A DNA stretch of 64,000 nt, from contig JACIYT010000001.1 of assembly GCA_014359765.1 (NCBI GenBank), positions 263,569-327,568 on the forward strand. The letters are read 5' to 3'. This document shows positions 21,022 to 30,695 of the stretch, piece after piece. Both the position numbers and the translations under genes were made by a program. How positions within the stretch are numbered: the stretch's first letter is position 1; each line of letters begins with the position of its first letter. The notes below the pieces were generated by a model. The model saw nothing but the letters and a program-made list of their open reading frames with translations. It searched no databases and was not told the DNA's origin. The DNA is from Roseovarius sp. (lineage in GTDB: Bacteria > Pseudomonadota > Alphaproteobacteria > Rhodobacterales > Rhodobacteraceae).

Positions 21022-21494
21022 GTCGCTTCATACCGTCCCGATTTCCCCCCCTCCTTGAGCAGCAGCCGGATGCCGCCGATCTCCATCGCCTTGTCCACGG
21101 CCTTGGCCATGTCATAGACGGTGAGCGCCGCCACCGACACGGCGGTGAGCGCCTCCATCTCCACCCCGGTCTGTCCGGTGGTCCGGACGGTGGCCTTGAT
21201 CCGCACGCCGGGCAAGTCCGCGTCGAGCACGAGATCCACCGCCACCTTGGTCACCGGCAGCGGATGGCAGAGCGGGATCAGATCGGGTGTCCGCTTTGCC
21301 CCCATGATCCCCGCGAGCCGCGCCACGGCGAGCACGTCACCCTTCTGCGCGCGGCCCTCGGCGATCGTGTCATGGGTGGCGCGCGCCATGCGCACATGCC
21401 CCTCGGCCACGGCGGTGCGATGGGTTGCGGGCTTGTCCGAGACATCGACCATATGGGCGTGGCCCTCGGTGTCGAAATGGCTGAGCCCGGCCAT
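21018..21494 (-). CDS. moaC: Cyclic pyranopterin monophosphate synthase MoaC
   Basis: [31 protein letters not shown]. Confidence 0.97.
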   Translation of the reverse strand: MAGLSHFDTEGHAHMVDVSDKPATHRTAVAEGHVRMARATHDTIAEGRAQKGDVLAVARLAGIMGAKRTPDLIPLCHPLPVTKVAVDLVLDADLPGVRIKATVRTTGQTGVEMEALTAVSVAALTVYDMAKAVDKAMEIGGIRLLLKEGGKSGRYEAT

Positions 21495-22310
21495 TCACAT
21501 GCCCCCGGCGGTGAGCGGATTGGCCAGCAGCGCGCGCGTCGCCGCCGCCACGTCATCGGCGCGCATCAGCGTCTCGCCGACGAGGAAGGCGCGCGCGCCA
21601 TAGCGGGCCATCTCGGCCAGGTCGTCGGGCGTGGCCAGGCCGCTCTCGGAGACGATCACCCGGTCGGGGGGGACGAATTTCGACAGGCTGCGGGTGGTGT
21701 CGAGCGAGGTCTCGAAGGTGGCGAGATCGCGGTTGTTGATCCCGATGAGCGTCGAGGAGAGCGCCGCCGCGCGGTCAAGTTCCTCGCGGTTATGCACCTC
21801 GATGAGCGCATCCATCCCCCATTCGCCCGCCGCCGCCTCGAGCTCGGCGGCCTGCGCGTCCGACACGGTCGCCATGATGATCAGGATGCAATCTGCCCCC
21901 CAGACGCGCGCCTCGGTGACCTGATAGGGATCATAGAGGAAATCCTTGCGCAGCACCGGCAATTCGCAGGCCTTGCGCGCCTCGGTGAGATATTCGGGCG
22001 CGCCCTGAAAGCTCGGCCCGTCGGTCAGCACCGAGAGGCAGGCGGCGCCGCCCTCCTCATAGGCCTGTGCCAGCGCGGCCGGGTCGAAATCGGCCCGGAT
22101 AAGGCCCTTGGAGGGGCTTGCCTTCTTGATTTCGGCGATGAGGCCATAGCCGGTTTTCGACGCCGCGATCAGCGCCTCGGCAAAGGGGCGCACGGTGGGG
22201 GCCTCACGGGCCAGCGCCTCCAGTTCCTCGATTGGGTGTTCGGCGCGGGCCGTCTCGATCTCCTCGAGCTTGTAGGCTTTGATCTTTTCCAGGATGGTCG
22301 GGGTGCTCAT
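21495..22310 (-). CDS. trpC: Indole-3-glycerol phosphate synthase
   Basis: [29 protein letters not shown]. Confidence 0.97.
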   Translation of the reverse strand: MSTPTILEKIKAYKLEEIETARAEHPIEELEALAREAPTVRPFAEALIAASKTGYGLIAEIKKASPSKGLIRADFDPAALAQAYEEGGAACLSVLTDGPSFQGAPEYLTEARKACELPVLRKDFLYDPYQVTEARVWGADCILIIMATVSDAQAAELEAAAGEWGMDALIEVHNREELDRAAALSSTLIGINNRDLATFETSLDTTRSLSKFVPPDRVIVSESGLATPDDLAEMARYGARAFLVGETLMRADDVAAATRALLANPLTAGGM

Positions 22311-23326
22311 GGGGCCTCCGATGTCAGTTTCGCCAATGCGTCGAGCCGTGCGCGCGCGGCCCCGCTGTCGATGCTCTCGGCGGCCATGGCGACGCCCTCG
22401 CGCAAATCGTCCACGCGCCCCGCCACGGTCAGCGCGGCGGCGGCATTCAGAAGCACCGCGTCGCGATAGGCCCCTGTCGCACCGTCGAGCAGCGCCTTGA
22501 GCGCGGCGGCGTTCTCCTCCGGTGTGCCGCCGAGAATGGCCTCGAACGGGTGCACCGGCAGGCCGAAATCCTCGGGGTGCAGTTCTGCCTCGCGGATGGT
22601 GCCATCCTCTTCCAGCGCGGCGAGCCAGGTGACGCCGGTGATGGTCATTTCGTCGGTCCCGTCGGAGCCATGCACGAGCCAGGCGCGCTCGGATCCCAAC
22701 TGCCCCAGCGTCTCGGCCATGGGGCGGATCAGATCGCGCGAGAACGCGCCGGTGAGCTGCCGCTTGACGCCTGCCGGGTTGGTGAGGGGCCCCAGGATGT
22801 TGAAGATCGTGCGCGTGCCCAGCTCGGCGCGCACGGGGCCGACATGGGCCATCGCCGGGTGGTGCATCGGCGCCATCATGAAGGCGATGCCCGCCTCGGC
22901 CAGCACCTTCTCCACCGCTTCGGCACTCAGCATCACCTTGACGCCAAGCGCCGAGAGCGCATCGGCCGCGCCGGATTTGGACGACAGGTTGCGGTTGCCA
23001 TGCTTGGCCACCACCACGCCCGCACCTGCCACGACCAGCGCCGCCGCCGTCGAGATGTTGAGCGTGCCCTTGCCGTCGCCGCCCGTGCCCACGATGTCCA
23101 TGGCCCCTTCGGGGGCGCGCACGTGATGGCATCTGGCCCGCATCACGGCGGCGGCGGCGGCGTATTCGTCCACCGTCTCGCCGCGCGTCCTGAGCGCCAT
23201 GAGAAAGCCGCCGGTCTGTGCCGGCGTGGCCTCGCCCTCGAACAGGATCCCGAAGGCCGCCTCGGCCTCCTCGCGCGAGAGCGGGCGGTCGGCGGCGGCA
23301 CCGATCAGGGTGCGGATATCGCTCAT
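22307..23326 (-). CDS. trpD: Anthranilate phosphoribosyltransferase
   Basis: [32 protein letters not shown]. Confidence 0.97.
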   Translation of the reverse strand: MSDIRTLIGAAADRPLSREEAEAAFGILFEGEATPAQTGGFLMALRTRGETVDEYAAAAAVMRARCHHVRAPEGAMDIVGTGGDGKGTLNISTAAALVVAGAGVVVAKHGNRNLSSKSGAADALSALGVKVMLSAEAVEKVLAEAGIAFMMAPMHHPAMAHVGPVRAELGTRTIFNILGPLTNPAGVKRQLTGAFSRDLIRPMAETLGQLGSERAWLVHGSDGTDEMTITGVTWLAALEEDGTIREAELHPEDFGLPVHPFEAILGGTPEENAAALKALLDGATGAYRDAVLLNAAAALTVAGRVDDLREGVAMAAESIDSGAARARLDALAKLTSEAP

Positions 23327-23904
23327 GCCGGCACCTTCAGACGCTTGAGGAAATTCCCCAGCAGGGCATGGCCGTGCTGGGAGGCGATGGATTCGGGGTG
23401 AAACTGCACGCCATGGATGTCATGATCGCGGTGGCGCAGCCCCATGATCGTGCCATCCGCCAGCTCGGCGGTGATCTCGAGACAGTCGGGCAGGCTCTCG
23501 CGCTCCACCACCAGCGAATGATAGCGCGTGGCCTCGAAGGGCGAGGGCAGCCCCTCGAACACGCTGGTGCCGTTGTGATGGATCACCCCCATCTTGCCAT
23601 GCACGATCTCCGAGTGGCGCACCACCCGCCCGCCAAAGGCCTGGCCGATGGTCTGATGCCCGAGACACACCCCCAGCAGCGGGACCCCTGCCTCCGCCGC
23701 GGCGAGCGTCAGCGGCAGGCAGATTCCCGCCCGATCCGGGTCACAGGGCCCGGGCGAGAGGACGATCCCCGCGGGCCGCAGCGCCAATGCCGCCTGCACG
23801 TCCATCGCATCGTTGCGGATGACGCGCGTCTCGGCCCCCAGCTCGCCCATGTAATGCACGAGATTATATGTGAAACTGTCGTAATTGTCGATCAAGAGCA
23901 GCAT
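23323..23904 (-). CDS. trpG: Anthranilate synthase component II (glutamine amidotransferase)
   Basis: [27 protein letters not shown]. Confidence 0.95.
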   Translation of the reverse strand: MLLLIDNYDSFTYNLVHYMGELGAETRVIRNDAMDVQAALALRPAGIVLSPGPCDPDRAGICLPLTLAAAEAGVPLLGVCLGHQTIGQAFGGRVVRHSEIVHGKMGVIHHNGTSVFEGLPSPFEATRYHSLVVERESLPDCLEITAELADGTIMGLRHRDHDIHGVQFHPESIASQHGHALLGNFLKRLKVPA

Positions 23905-24037
23905 CTGCGCCTGTCCTTCGGTCAGGGGGCTTCGGGCCTCGGGGGCGGTCGGCCTATACTTGTTCAGGCTTGCGCGGCACCGTCAAGGGGCGCTAGGCCG
24001 GAACCCGACGGACGCGCAGCAACCAGGGGGCAGGGCG

Positions 24038-25117
24038 GTGATACGCGGGGCATTGGCGGGAATGGTGACGGGGCTGGCGCTGTCGGGGCTGGTCCTGGGC
24101 GCGGTATCGGTGGTGAGCGACCTGACCGGATCGCACGCGCCCGACGCGGGCGGGGCGGGCGCGTCGGCTGTGGCCGTGCCCGGGCATGACGATCAGGGCC
24201 CGCGTTCCGCGCCCGACACGGCGCCGGCCGCCGCGCCCCGGACCGGTGAGGCGGCCGTGCTCGGCGCGCCGCCGCTCGATGATCCGGGCGTCGGGCATGT
24301 CCCGGCGCTCGCCGTCGATCCGCGCCCGGTGCCGCAGGTGCCGCCGCGCCCGGCGCCGGAACGGCCCGAGGGCTCGGCGCGGCCGGCCATCCCGGCGGTG
24401 CTCGCCCCGCCCGCGCCCGAGGCGGGGCAGGCCAATGCCCAGCCGGTCCCCGTCTCGCCCGAGCCGGCAGAGGCGCCCGCGCCCGAGGCGCGACAAGCGG
24501 TGAGCCAGCCACCCGCGGCGCCCCGGACGGATCGCGCCGCGCCCGGCACGGTCCCGGAGGCCGCGGCGCCCGCCATTGACGCCACCGGCCATGCGGCGCC
24601 CGCGCCGCAGGGGCCGCGCATGGCGATCGTGCTCCTCGACGGGGGAGAGGGCGCGACCGGGCCCGCGCTGGTGCAGGGCTTTGCTCACCCGCTGGGCCTT
24701 GTCATCCCCGCAGGTCGCCCCGACGCCGCCGAGGCCGCCGCGCGCTATCGCGATGCGGGGTTCGAGGTGCTCGTCACCGCCGATATGCCGGGCAATGCCG
24801 CTGCTTTCGGCAACGCCATCGTCCTGCTGCCCGAGGCCCGCGCCGGCGCGCAGACGCCGCCCGACAGCAAGGGGCTTCGCGCGGGGGAGGGCCGGGCGGC
24901 GGTGGTTCGGGATTTCGACGCGCAGGACCTCACGGTCGAGGCGATGCGTCACCTGCTCGACGAGGGGGCGCGCCGTGCCGCCGAAGCGACCGGAGGCGTG
25001 ATCATGTATGGAAGGCTGCGCCCCGACACGATCCGGGCGCTGCGCCTCTGGGTTCAGGAAGACCGGCCGCCGGGGCTTGTGCTGGTGCCGGTCTCGGCAT
25101 TGCTGGCGGGGCCGTAG
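24038..25117 (+). CDS. Divergent polysaccharide deacetylase-family (YibQ-like) membrane-anchored protein
   Basis: N-terminal TM, long Pro/Ala linker, C-terminal VRDFD...GGVIMYGRLRPDTI...LVPVSALL. GTG start assumed. Confidence 0.6.
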   Translation: MIRGALAGMVTGLALSGLVLGAVSVVSDLTGSHAPDAGGAGASAVAVPGHDDQGPRSAPDTAPAAAPRTGEAAVLGAPPLDDPGVGHVPALAVDPRPVPQVPPRPAPERPEGSARPAIPAVLAPPAPEAGQANAQPVPVSPEPAEAPAPEARQAVSQPPAAPRTDRAAPGTVPEAAAPAIDATGHAAPAPQGPRMAIVLLDGGEGATGPALVQGFAHPLGLVIPAGRPDAAEAAARYRDAGFEVLVTADMPGNAAAFGNAIVLLPEARAGAQTPPDSKGLRAGEGRAAVVRDFDAQDLTVEAMRHLLDEGARRAAEATGGVIMYGRLRPDTIRALRLWVQEDRPPGLVLVPVSALLAGP

Positions 25118-25146
25118 CCGCCGACCGCCCCCCCCCGGGGGAGGGG

Positions 25147-25557
25147 TCAGCGCAGCTTTGGCACGCCGCCGGGATGGGTGTCGCGCTCGACCACGCCGGC
25201 GCGCAGGCTGCGCCCGATGCGGTGCGCAAGGCGCGACCAGGCGGCGGCCTGATCGGGCGCGAGTTCGCGCGCGAGAACCTGATCGAAGAGCGCAAGCCAG
25301 GTCGAGAACATCCCCGGCCGCACATTGCCCGCCCGCACATGGGCGGTCATCGGCGAGCCATCATAACAGCGCTCGTGCAGGATCGTGTTCGCCCAGAAAT
25401 CGGTGATCTTCGCCTCATGCGCGGGCCAGTCGGTGACATGCACGGCAAAGACCGGCCCGAGGCCCGGATGCGCGCGCACGGCCGCGTAGAAGGCGGCGAC
25501 GACGCGGGCGATCTCGGGCCGGGTGACGGCAAAGCGCGGGGGCAGGGCGGTGCTCAT
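25147..25557 (-). CDS. Group III truncated hemoglobin
   Basis: FYAAVRAHPGLGPVF (B10 Tyr), WPAHEAKITDFW (E7 His), PMTAH (F8 His), FSTWLALF (G8 Trp). Confidence 0.88.
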   Translation of the reverse strand: MSTALPPRFAVTRPEIARVVAAFYAAVRAHPGLGPVFAVHVTDWPAHEAKITDFWANTILHERCYDGSPMTAHVRAGNVRPGMFSTWLALFDQVLARELAPDQAAAWSRLAHRIGRSLRAGVVERDTHPGGVPKLR

Positions 25558-25563
25558 GGCCCT

Positions 25564-25592
25564 GAGATGCGACAGCGCCCGCGCACATGCAA
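25564..25592 (-). promoter_or_regulatory. Promoter candidate for the truncated hemoglobin gene (probably leaderless)
   Basis: TTGCAT-17nt-CATCTC-6nt-ATG. Confidence 0.4.
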
Positions 25593-25683
25593 GAGGGCGT
25601 CCCGCCGCATGGCGGCCGCGCCCGAAATCTTCAAAAGATTTCGGACCGCTTTCTTTCCAAGAAAGCGGTGCCCCGCGCCCTCT
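25592..25683. repeat. Cloverleaf-like element containing twin back-to-back palindromes
   Basis: Basal stem 25592-25599/25676-25683; hairpins at 25602-25615, 25622-25644 (10 bp) and 25645-25669 (11 bp). Confidence 0.75.
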
Positions 25684-25711
25684 GGACGGCTGCCGGGTGC
25701 GCGCCTATAAG
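25683..25711 (+). promoter_or_regulatory. Promoter of the ileS leader
   Basis: TGGACG-17nt-TATAAG-7nt-ATG(25719). Confidence 0.6.
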
Positions 25712-25718
25712 GCGGGCC

Positions 25719-25769
25719 ATGATGCTTGATGCCGCGATCATCATTCGAATTACATGCCCGGCGCTCTGA
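25719..25769 (+). CDS. Putative ileS leader peptide MMLDAAIIIRITCPAL
   Basis: ATC ATC ATT CGA ATT gives four Ile in five codons, 85 nt upstream of ileS; its ATG sits at the predicted TSS. Confidence 0.7.
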   Translation: MMLDAAIIIRITCPAL

Positions 25770-25854
25770 GAGATTCGAGCCGCCGGGACAAGGCGCTCGA
25801 GCCATCGCGCCGCCCCTCATCCCACCCGTTCAAGACCTGACGAAGGACGCCCCC

Positions 25855-28758
25855 ATGTGCGCCGACCTGCCCGATTACAAGGACACGCTCAACCTGCCCG
25901 AAACCGATTTCCCGATGCGCGCGGGCCTGCCTTCGCGCGAGCCTGACTGGCTCGCCCGCTGGGAGCGGATCGGGGTCTATGACCGGCTGCGCGCGCGCGC
26001 CGCGGGCAGGGCGCCCTTCACCCTCCATGACGGCCCGCCCTATGCCAACGGCCATCTGCATATCGGGCACGCGCTCAACAAGATCCTCAAGGACATGGTG
26101 GTGCGCTCGCAGCAGATGATGGGGCGCGACGCGCGTTATATCCCCGGCTGGGACTGTCACGGCCTGCCGATCGAATGGAAGATCGAGGAGGAATACCGCA
26201 AGAAGGGCCGCAACAAGGACGAGGTCGATATCGTCGATTTCCGGCAGGAATGCCGCAAGTTCGCCGAGGGCTGGATCGACATTCAGCGCGAGGAGTTCAA
26301 GCGCCTCGGCGTCACCGGCTGCTGGGATCGCCCTTACCTGACCATGGATTTCCGCGCCGAGCGGATCATCGCGGAGGAGTTTCAGAAATTCCTCATGTCG
26401 GGTCTGCTCTACCGGGGCTCCAAGCCGGTGATGTGGTCGCCGGTGGAGAAGACCGCGCTCGCCGAGGCGGAGGTGGAATATCACGACAAGGAGAGCTTTA
26501 CCGTCTGGGTGAAATTCGAGGTTGTGGGCGGCGATCTCGCGGGCGCGCATGTGGTGATCTGGACCACCACGCCCTGGACCATGCCCTCCAACAAGGCGGT
26601 CGTTTACGGTTCCGAAATCTCTTACGGGTTATACGAGGTGACGGACACGCCCGCGGAGTGCTGGGCGCGGGTTGGAGAGCGTTACGTGCTGGCGGACAAA
26701 CGGGCAGAGGATGTGATGACACGCGCGCGGCTCGAGCCGTCGATGTATCGCCGTGTCCGCGATGTGAGCGCCGGGGAACTGGCGGGGCTGTCGCTGCTGC
26801 ACCCGCTGGCGGGGGCCGAGGGCGCGGGCGGCGAATGGGACGCGCCGCGCGATTTCCGCGCCGCCGATTTCGTCACCGACGAGGAGGGCACCGGGTTCGT
26901 GCATTGCGCGCCCTCGCACGGGATGGAGGAATACGAGCTGTACCGCGATCTGGGGATGCTGGATCAGGTCATTACCTATAACGTGATGGACGATGGCTCC
27001 TTCCGGCCCGATCTGCCGTTCTTTGGCGGCAAATACATCCTTGATCGCAAGGGAAAAGAGGGCAATGCCAACAAGGCCGTCATCGACAAGCTGATCGAGG
27101 TGGGCGGCCTTCTGGCGCGCGGCAAGATCAAGCACTCCTACCCGCATTCCTGGCGCTCCAAGGCGCCGGTGATCTATCGCAACACGCCGCAATGGTTCGC
27201 CGCCATCGACCGGCCCGTGGGCGACGGGCAGGACCAATACGGCACGACGATCCGCGAGCGCGCGCTCAGATCCATCGACGAGCTGGTGACATGGACGCCG
27301 AAAACCGGGCGCAACCGGCTCTATTCCATGATCGAGGCGCGGCCCGACTGGGTGCTTTCGCGTCAGCGTGCCTGGGGCGTGCCGCTCACCTGTTTCGTGA
27401 AGAAAGGCGCGCAACCGAACGATCCGGATTACCTCTTGCGGAATGAGGAGGTGAACGCCCGGATCCTTGCCGCCTTCGAGGCCGAGGGCGCGGATGCCTG
27501 GTACAAGGCGGGGGCCAAGGAGCGGTTCCTGGGCGGAATCGTCAACCCGGACGATTGGGAAAAGGTCGATGACATTCTCGATGTGTGGTTCGACAGCGGC
27601 TCCACCCATGCCTTCGTGCTGCGCGACCGCGCCGACGGGTCCGAGGACGGCATCGCGGACCTTTACCTCGAAGGCACCGATCAGCATCGCGGCTGGTTTC
27701 ATTCCTCGATGTTGCAGGCCTGCGGCACGATCGGCCACGCGCCTTATCGCGGTGTGCTGACCCACGGCTTCACGCTGGACGAGAAGGGCAACAAGATGTC
27801 CAAATCGCTCGGCAATACCGTGGCCCCCGAGGAGGTGATCCGCCAATATGGCGCCGATATCCTGCGGCTCTGGGTGGCGCAGGCGGATTACACCACCGAT
27901 CTGCGGATCGGGCCGGAGATCCTCAAGGGCGTCGCAGACAGCTATCGGCGGCTGCGCAACACGATGCGTTTCATGCTCGGCGCGCTCGGCCATTTCCGCG
28001 AGGAGGATCGCGTCGCGCCGGGCGAGATGCCCGAACTCGAACGCTGGGTGCTGCACCGGCTGGCCGAACTCGATCACCGGGTCAGGACCGGCTATGCCGC
28101 CTATGATTTCCAGGGGGTGTTCCGCCAGCTCTTCGATTTCTGCACCGGCGATCTCTCGGCCTTCTATTTCGACATCCGCAAGGACGTGCTCTATTGCGAC
28201 GGCGACACCGCGCGCCGGCGCGCCGCGCGCACGGTGATGGACCTGCTCTTTCACCGCCTGACCACCTGGCTTGCGCCGGTGCTGGTCTTTACCATGGAGG
28301 ATGTGTGGCTTGCGCGCTTCCCCGGCGAGGAGAGCTCGGTTCATCTCGTGGACATGCCCGAGACGCCCGCCGACTGGCTCGACGAGCCGCTGGCGGCGAA
28401 ATGGGCGGCGGTGCGGCAGGCGCGGCGCGTCGTGACGGCCGCGCTCGAAGTGCAGCGCAGCAACAAGGTCATCGGCGCGAGCCTCGAGGCCGCGCCCATC
28501 GTCCATGTGCGCGATCCCGAGATGCTCGCGGCGCTGAAATCGGTCGATTTTGCGGATGTCTGCATCACTTCGGACCTGATCCTGAGCGCCGATCCACGCC
28601 CGGCCGAGGCGTTCCGCCTGCCCGAGGTGGAGACGGTGGGCGTGGTCTTCGCGCGGGCCGAGGGCGAGAAATGCCAGCGCTGCTGGAAGATCCTGCCCGA
28701 TGTGGGCAGGCACAAGCATCCCGGCACCTGCAAGCGGTGCTCTGACGCACTTGGCTGA
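25855..28758 (+). CDS. ileS: Isoleucine--tRNA ligase (type 1)
   Basis: DGPPYANGHLHIGH, WVLSRQRAWG, KMSKS, C-terminal CQRCWK zinc motif. Confidence 0.98.
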   Translation: MCADLPDYKDTLNLPETDFPMRAGLPSREPDWLARWERIGVYDRLRARAAGRAPFTLHDGPPYANGHLHIGHALNKILKDMVVRSQQMMGRDARYIPGWDCHGLPIEWKIEEEYRKKGRNKDEVDIVDFRQECRKFAEGWIDIQREEFKRLGVTGCWDRPYLTMDFRAERIIAEEFQKFLMSGLLYRGSKPVMWSPVEKTALAEAEVEYHDKESFTVWVKFEVVGGDLAGAHVVIWTTTPWTMPSNKAVVYGSEISYGLYEVTDTPAECWARVGERYVLADKRAEDVMTRARLEPSMYRRVRDVSAGELAGLSLLHPLAGAEGAGGEWDAPRDFRAADFVTDEEGTGFVHCAPSHGMEEYELYRDLGMLDQVITYNVMDDGSFRPDLPFFGGKYILDRKGKEGNANKAVIDKLIEVGGLLARGKIKHSYPHSWRSKAPVIYRNTPQWFAAIDRPVGDGQDQYGTTIRERALRSIDELVTWTPKTGRNRLYSMIEARPDWVLSRQRAWGVPLTCFVKKGAQPNDPDYLLRNEEVNARILAAFEAEGADAWYKAGAKERFLGGIVNPDDWEKVDDILDVWFDSGSTHAFVLRDRADGSEDGIADLYLEGTDQHRGWFHSSMLQACGTIGHAPYRGVLTHGFTLDEKGNKMSKSLGNTVAPEEVIRQYGADILRLWVAQADYTTDLRIGPEILKGVADSYRRLRNTMRFMLGALGHFREEDRVAPGEMPELERWVLHRLAELDHRVRTGYAAYDFQGVFRQLFDFCTGDLSAFYFDIRKDVLYCDGDTARRRAARTVMDLLFHRLTTWLAPVLVFTMEDVWLARFPGEESSVHLVDMPETPADWLDEPLAAKWAAVRQARRVVTAALEVQRSNKVIGASLEAAPIVHVRDPEMLAALKSVDFADVCITSDLILSADPRPAEAFRLPEVETVGVVFARAEGEKCQRCWKILPDVGRHKHPGTCKRCSDALG

Positions 28759-28760
28759 CG

Positions 28761-28783
28761 GGGGACGGGCGCACCCCGTCCCC
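28761..28783 (+). terminator. Hairpin after ileS
   Basis: GGGGACGGG-cgcac-CCCGTCCCC; no clear U-tract. Confidence 0.5.
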
Positions 28784-28789
28784 GCTGTC

Positions 28790-29197
28790 CTAGTGTTCGA
28801 CACCTGACACAACGCGCCTGCTTCTGCACGGTCACCCGTCGGGGCCACGCGCGGCCACTTGGCACGCCGCGCAGCGCCCGACCGCGGGTGGGCGCAAGAT
28901 CGCGCGTGGTCCTCGATTTATGGTGCCAGATTCTGCAACGATTGAGCGCGCGTTGACGTTGCAAAAGCGCCCGCCCGTCACGCCGAAGGCGTGCCGCTTG
29001 AATTGGCGCACCTCCGGTGCGACCCGGGCGGTCGGGCGCTGCGCGGCGGCGCGTGCCGCGCCTTGACTCCGCGCATTTGGAGCAAGACCTGAACGCCCGC
29101 GCGCCCCGGGCCATTCCGAAGCGCCTCGTGCACCGCAGCCCGCTGCATCCTGTGCGACGCCCTCATTGGGCACCATCCGTGAGATGTCGAACACTAG
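28790..29197. mobile_element. MITE-like non-autonomous element (408 bp) bounded by CTAG-containing inverted repeats
   Basis: Left end CTAGTGTTCGACACCTGAC vs reverse complement of right end CTAGTGTTCGACATCTCAC (17/19). Internal perfect 21-bp IR at 28865-28885/29028-29048. No transposase. Confidence 0.75.
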
Positions 29198-30099
29198 CCG
29201 CGAATGAAGGTGCCGTTGCGCAGATCGCGCATGGCCTGGCGCAGCTCGTCCTTCGTGTTCATCACGATCGGCCCGTGCCAGGCCACCGGCTCCTGAAGGG
29301 GCGCGCCCGACACGAGCAGAAAGCGGATGCCCTCGGGGCCGGCCACAACGGTGATTTCGTCGCCGGTTCCGAAGCGCACCAGCGTGCGGTCGCCCGATGG
29401 GTCGCGCAGATGGACCTCCTGGCCCGCCACCGCCTTTTCGAGGAGCACGCCGGTCGGGGCGGAGGCATCGGCAAAGCGCCCGCTGCCCGCGAAGATATAG
29501 GCAAAGCTGCGGCGGTAGGTATCCACCCTGAACACCTTGCGCCGCCCCGGCGGCACCGAAATGTCGAGATACAAAGGATCGGCCGCGATCCCGTCCACCG
29601 GGCCGCGCGCGCCCCGGAAAATGCCGGTGATCACACGCACGCGGGTGCCGTCATCGTCCACCACCTCGGGGATATCGGCGGCCTTCACGTCCTGATAGCG
29701 CGGCGCGCACATCTTCTGCGCGGCGGGCAGGTTGGCCCAGAGCTGAAAGCCGTGCATCCGCCCGCGCGCATCGCCGCGTGGCATTTCCTGGTGCAGGATG
29801 CCCGATCCGGCGGTCATCCACTGCACATCGCCCGCGCCGAGCGTGCCGGCATTGCCGAGGCTGTCGCCGTGATCGACCTCGCCGGCGAGCACATAGGTGA
29901 TCGTCTCGATCCCGCGATGGGGATGCCAGGGAAATCCCCCGGCATAGCGCGCCGGATCGTCGTTGCGGAAATCGTCGAAGAGCAGGAACGGGTCGAGCTC
30001 GGTCGGATCGTGAAAGCCGAAGGCGCGGTGCAGGTGCACGCCCGCGCCCTCGAGCGTGGGCGTGGCCTGGCGGGTTTCGAGAACAGGTCTGATGGACAT
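29194..30099 (-). CDS. Pirin-family protein
   Basis: DPFLLFDDF, FPWHPHRGIETITY, VQWMTAGSGILHQE, GPIVMN; AGGAG SD. Confidence 0.95.
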   Translation of the reverse strand: MSIRPVLETRQATPTLEGAGVHLHRAFGFHDPTELDPFLLFDDFRNDDPARYAGGFPWHPHRGIETITYVLAGEVDHGDSLGNAGTLGAGDVQWMTAGSGILHQEMPRGDARGRMHGFQLWANLPAAQKMCAPRYQDVKAADIPEVVDDDGTRVRVITGIFRGARGPVDGIAADPLYLDISVPPGRRKVFRVDTYRRSFAYIFAGSGRFADASAPTGVLLEKAVAGQEVHLRDPSGDRTLVRFGTGDEITVVAGPEGIRFLLVSGAPLQEPVAWHGPIVMNTKDELRQAMRDLRNGTFIRG

Positions 30100-30213
30100 G
30101 GTCACTCTCCTTTGTGAAGGATATAGGAGAGCGGGGCGCGCGCGGGCAGGGGCAATCCGTGTTCGCCGGTGCAAGGGCGCTGTGCGCGGGCGCGAAACGG
30201 GGAGGGACAGGCC

Positions 30214-30690
30214 GTGACGGAAGGGCGGATCGACGCGGTGCTCGCGGCGTCGCCGGGGCGACGGATCATCGGGACGGGGTCGCTCGCGGGGCTGGGGGTG
30301 ATCCTGCTCTACATGGGGCTGGCCTTTTCGCCGGGGGCGGGCTGGCGCGTGTTCCAGCTGGGGATCGGCCTTGTCGCGCTCTGGGCGGCGTGGCGGATGT
30401 GGCGGGCGACCGCCGCGCGGCTCGAGCTGGGGCCTGAGGGGCTCCGTTCGAGCGACGGGCGCCTTGTCGCGCCGATGGAGGCGATCGTGGCGGTGGATCG
30501 CGGCGTCTTTGCCTTCAAGCCCTCGAACGGGTTCATCCTGACGCTGCGCAGAAGCGCACCCTTCGCCTGGGAGCCGGGGCTTTGGTGGCGGGTCGGGCGC
30601 CGGGTGGGCGTGGGCGGCGTCACCCCGGGGACCCCGGCCCGATACATGGCCGAGATCATCCAGGAGCGGATCGCGCGGCGCGCCGGCTGA
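30214..30690 (+). CDS. Hypothetical membrane protein (2 TM plus soluble domain)
   Basis: GGAGG SD before GTG; two hydrophobic helices; DRGVFAFKPSNGF and WWRVGRRVGVGGVT look like conserved-type motifs. Confidence 0.7.
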   Translation: MTEGRIDAVLAASPGRRIIGTGSLAGLGVILLYMGLAFSPGAGWRVFQLGIGLVALWAAWRMWRATAARLELGPEGLRSSDGRLVAPMEAIVAVDRGVFAFKPSNGFILTLRRSAPFAWEPGLWWRVGRRVGVGGVTPGTPARYMAEIIQERIARRAG

Positions 30691-30695
30691 GCGTC

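Noticed and set aside
23905-24037. Trp leader peptide or attenuator before trpG-trpD-trpC
   Set aside because: No uORF with Trp codons was found.
25592-25683. tRNA or T-box interpretation of the cloverleaf upstream of ileS
   Set aside because: No TpsiC or D-loop consensus, no CCA end and no T-box sequence; it lies upstream of the promoter.
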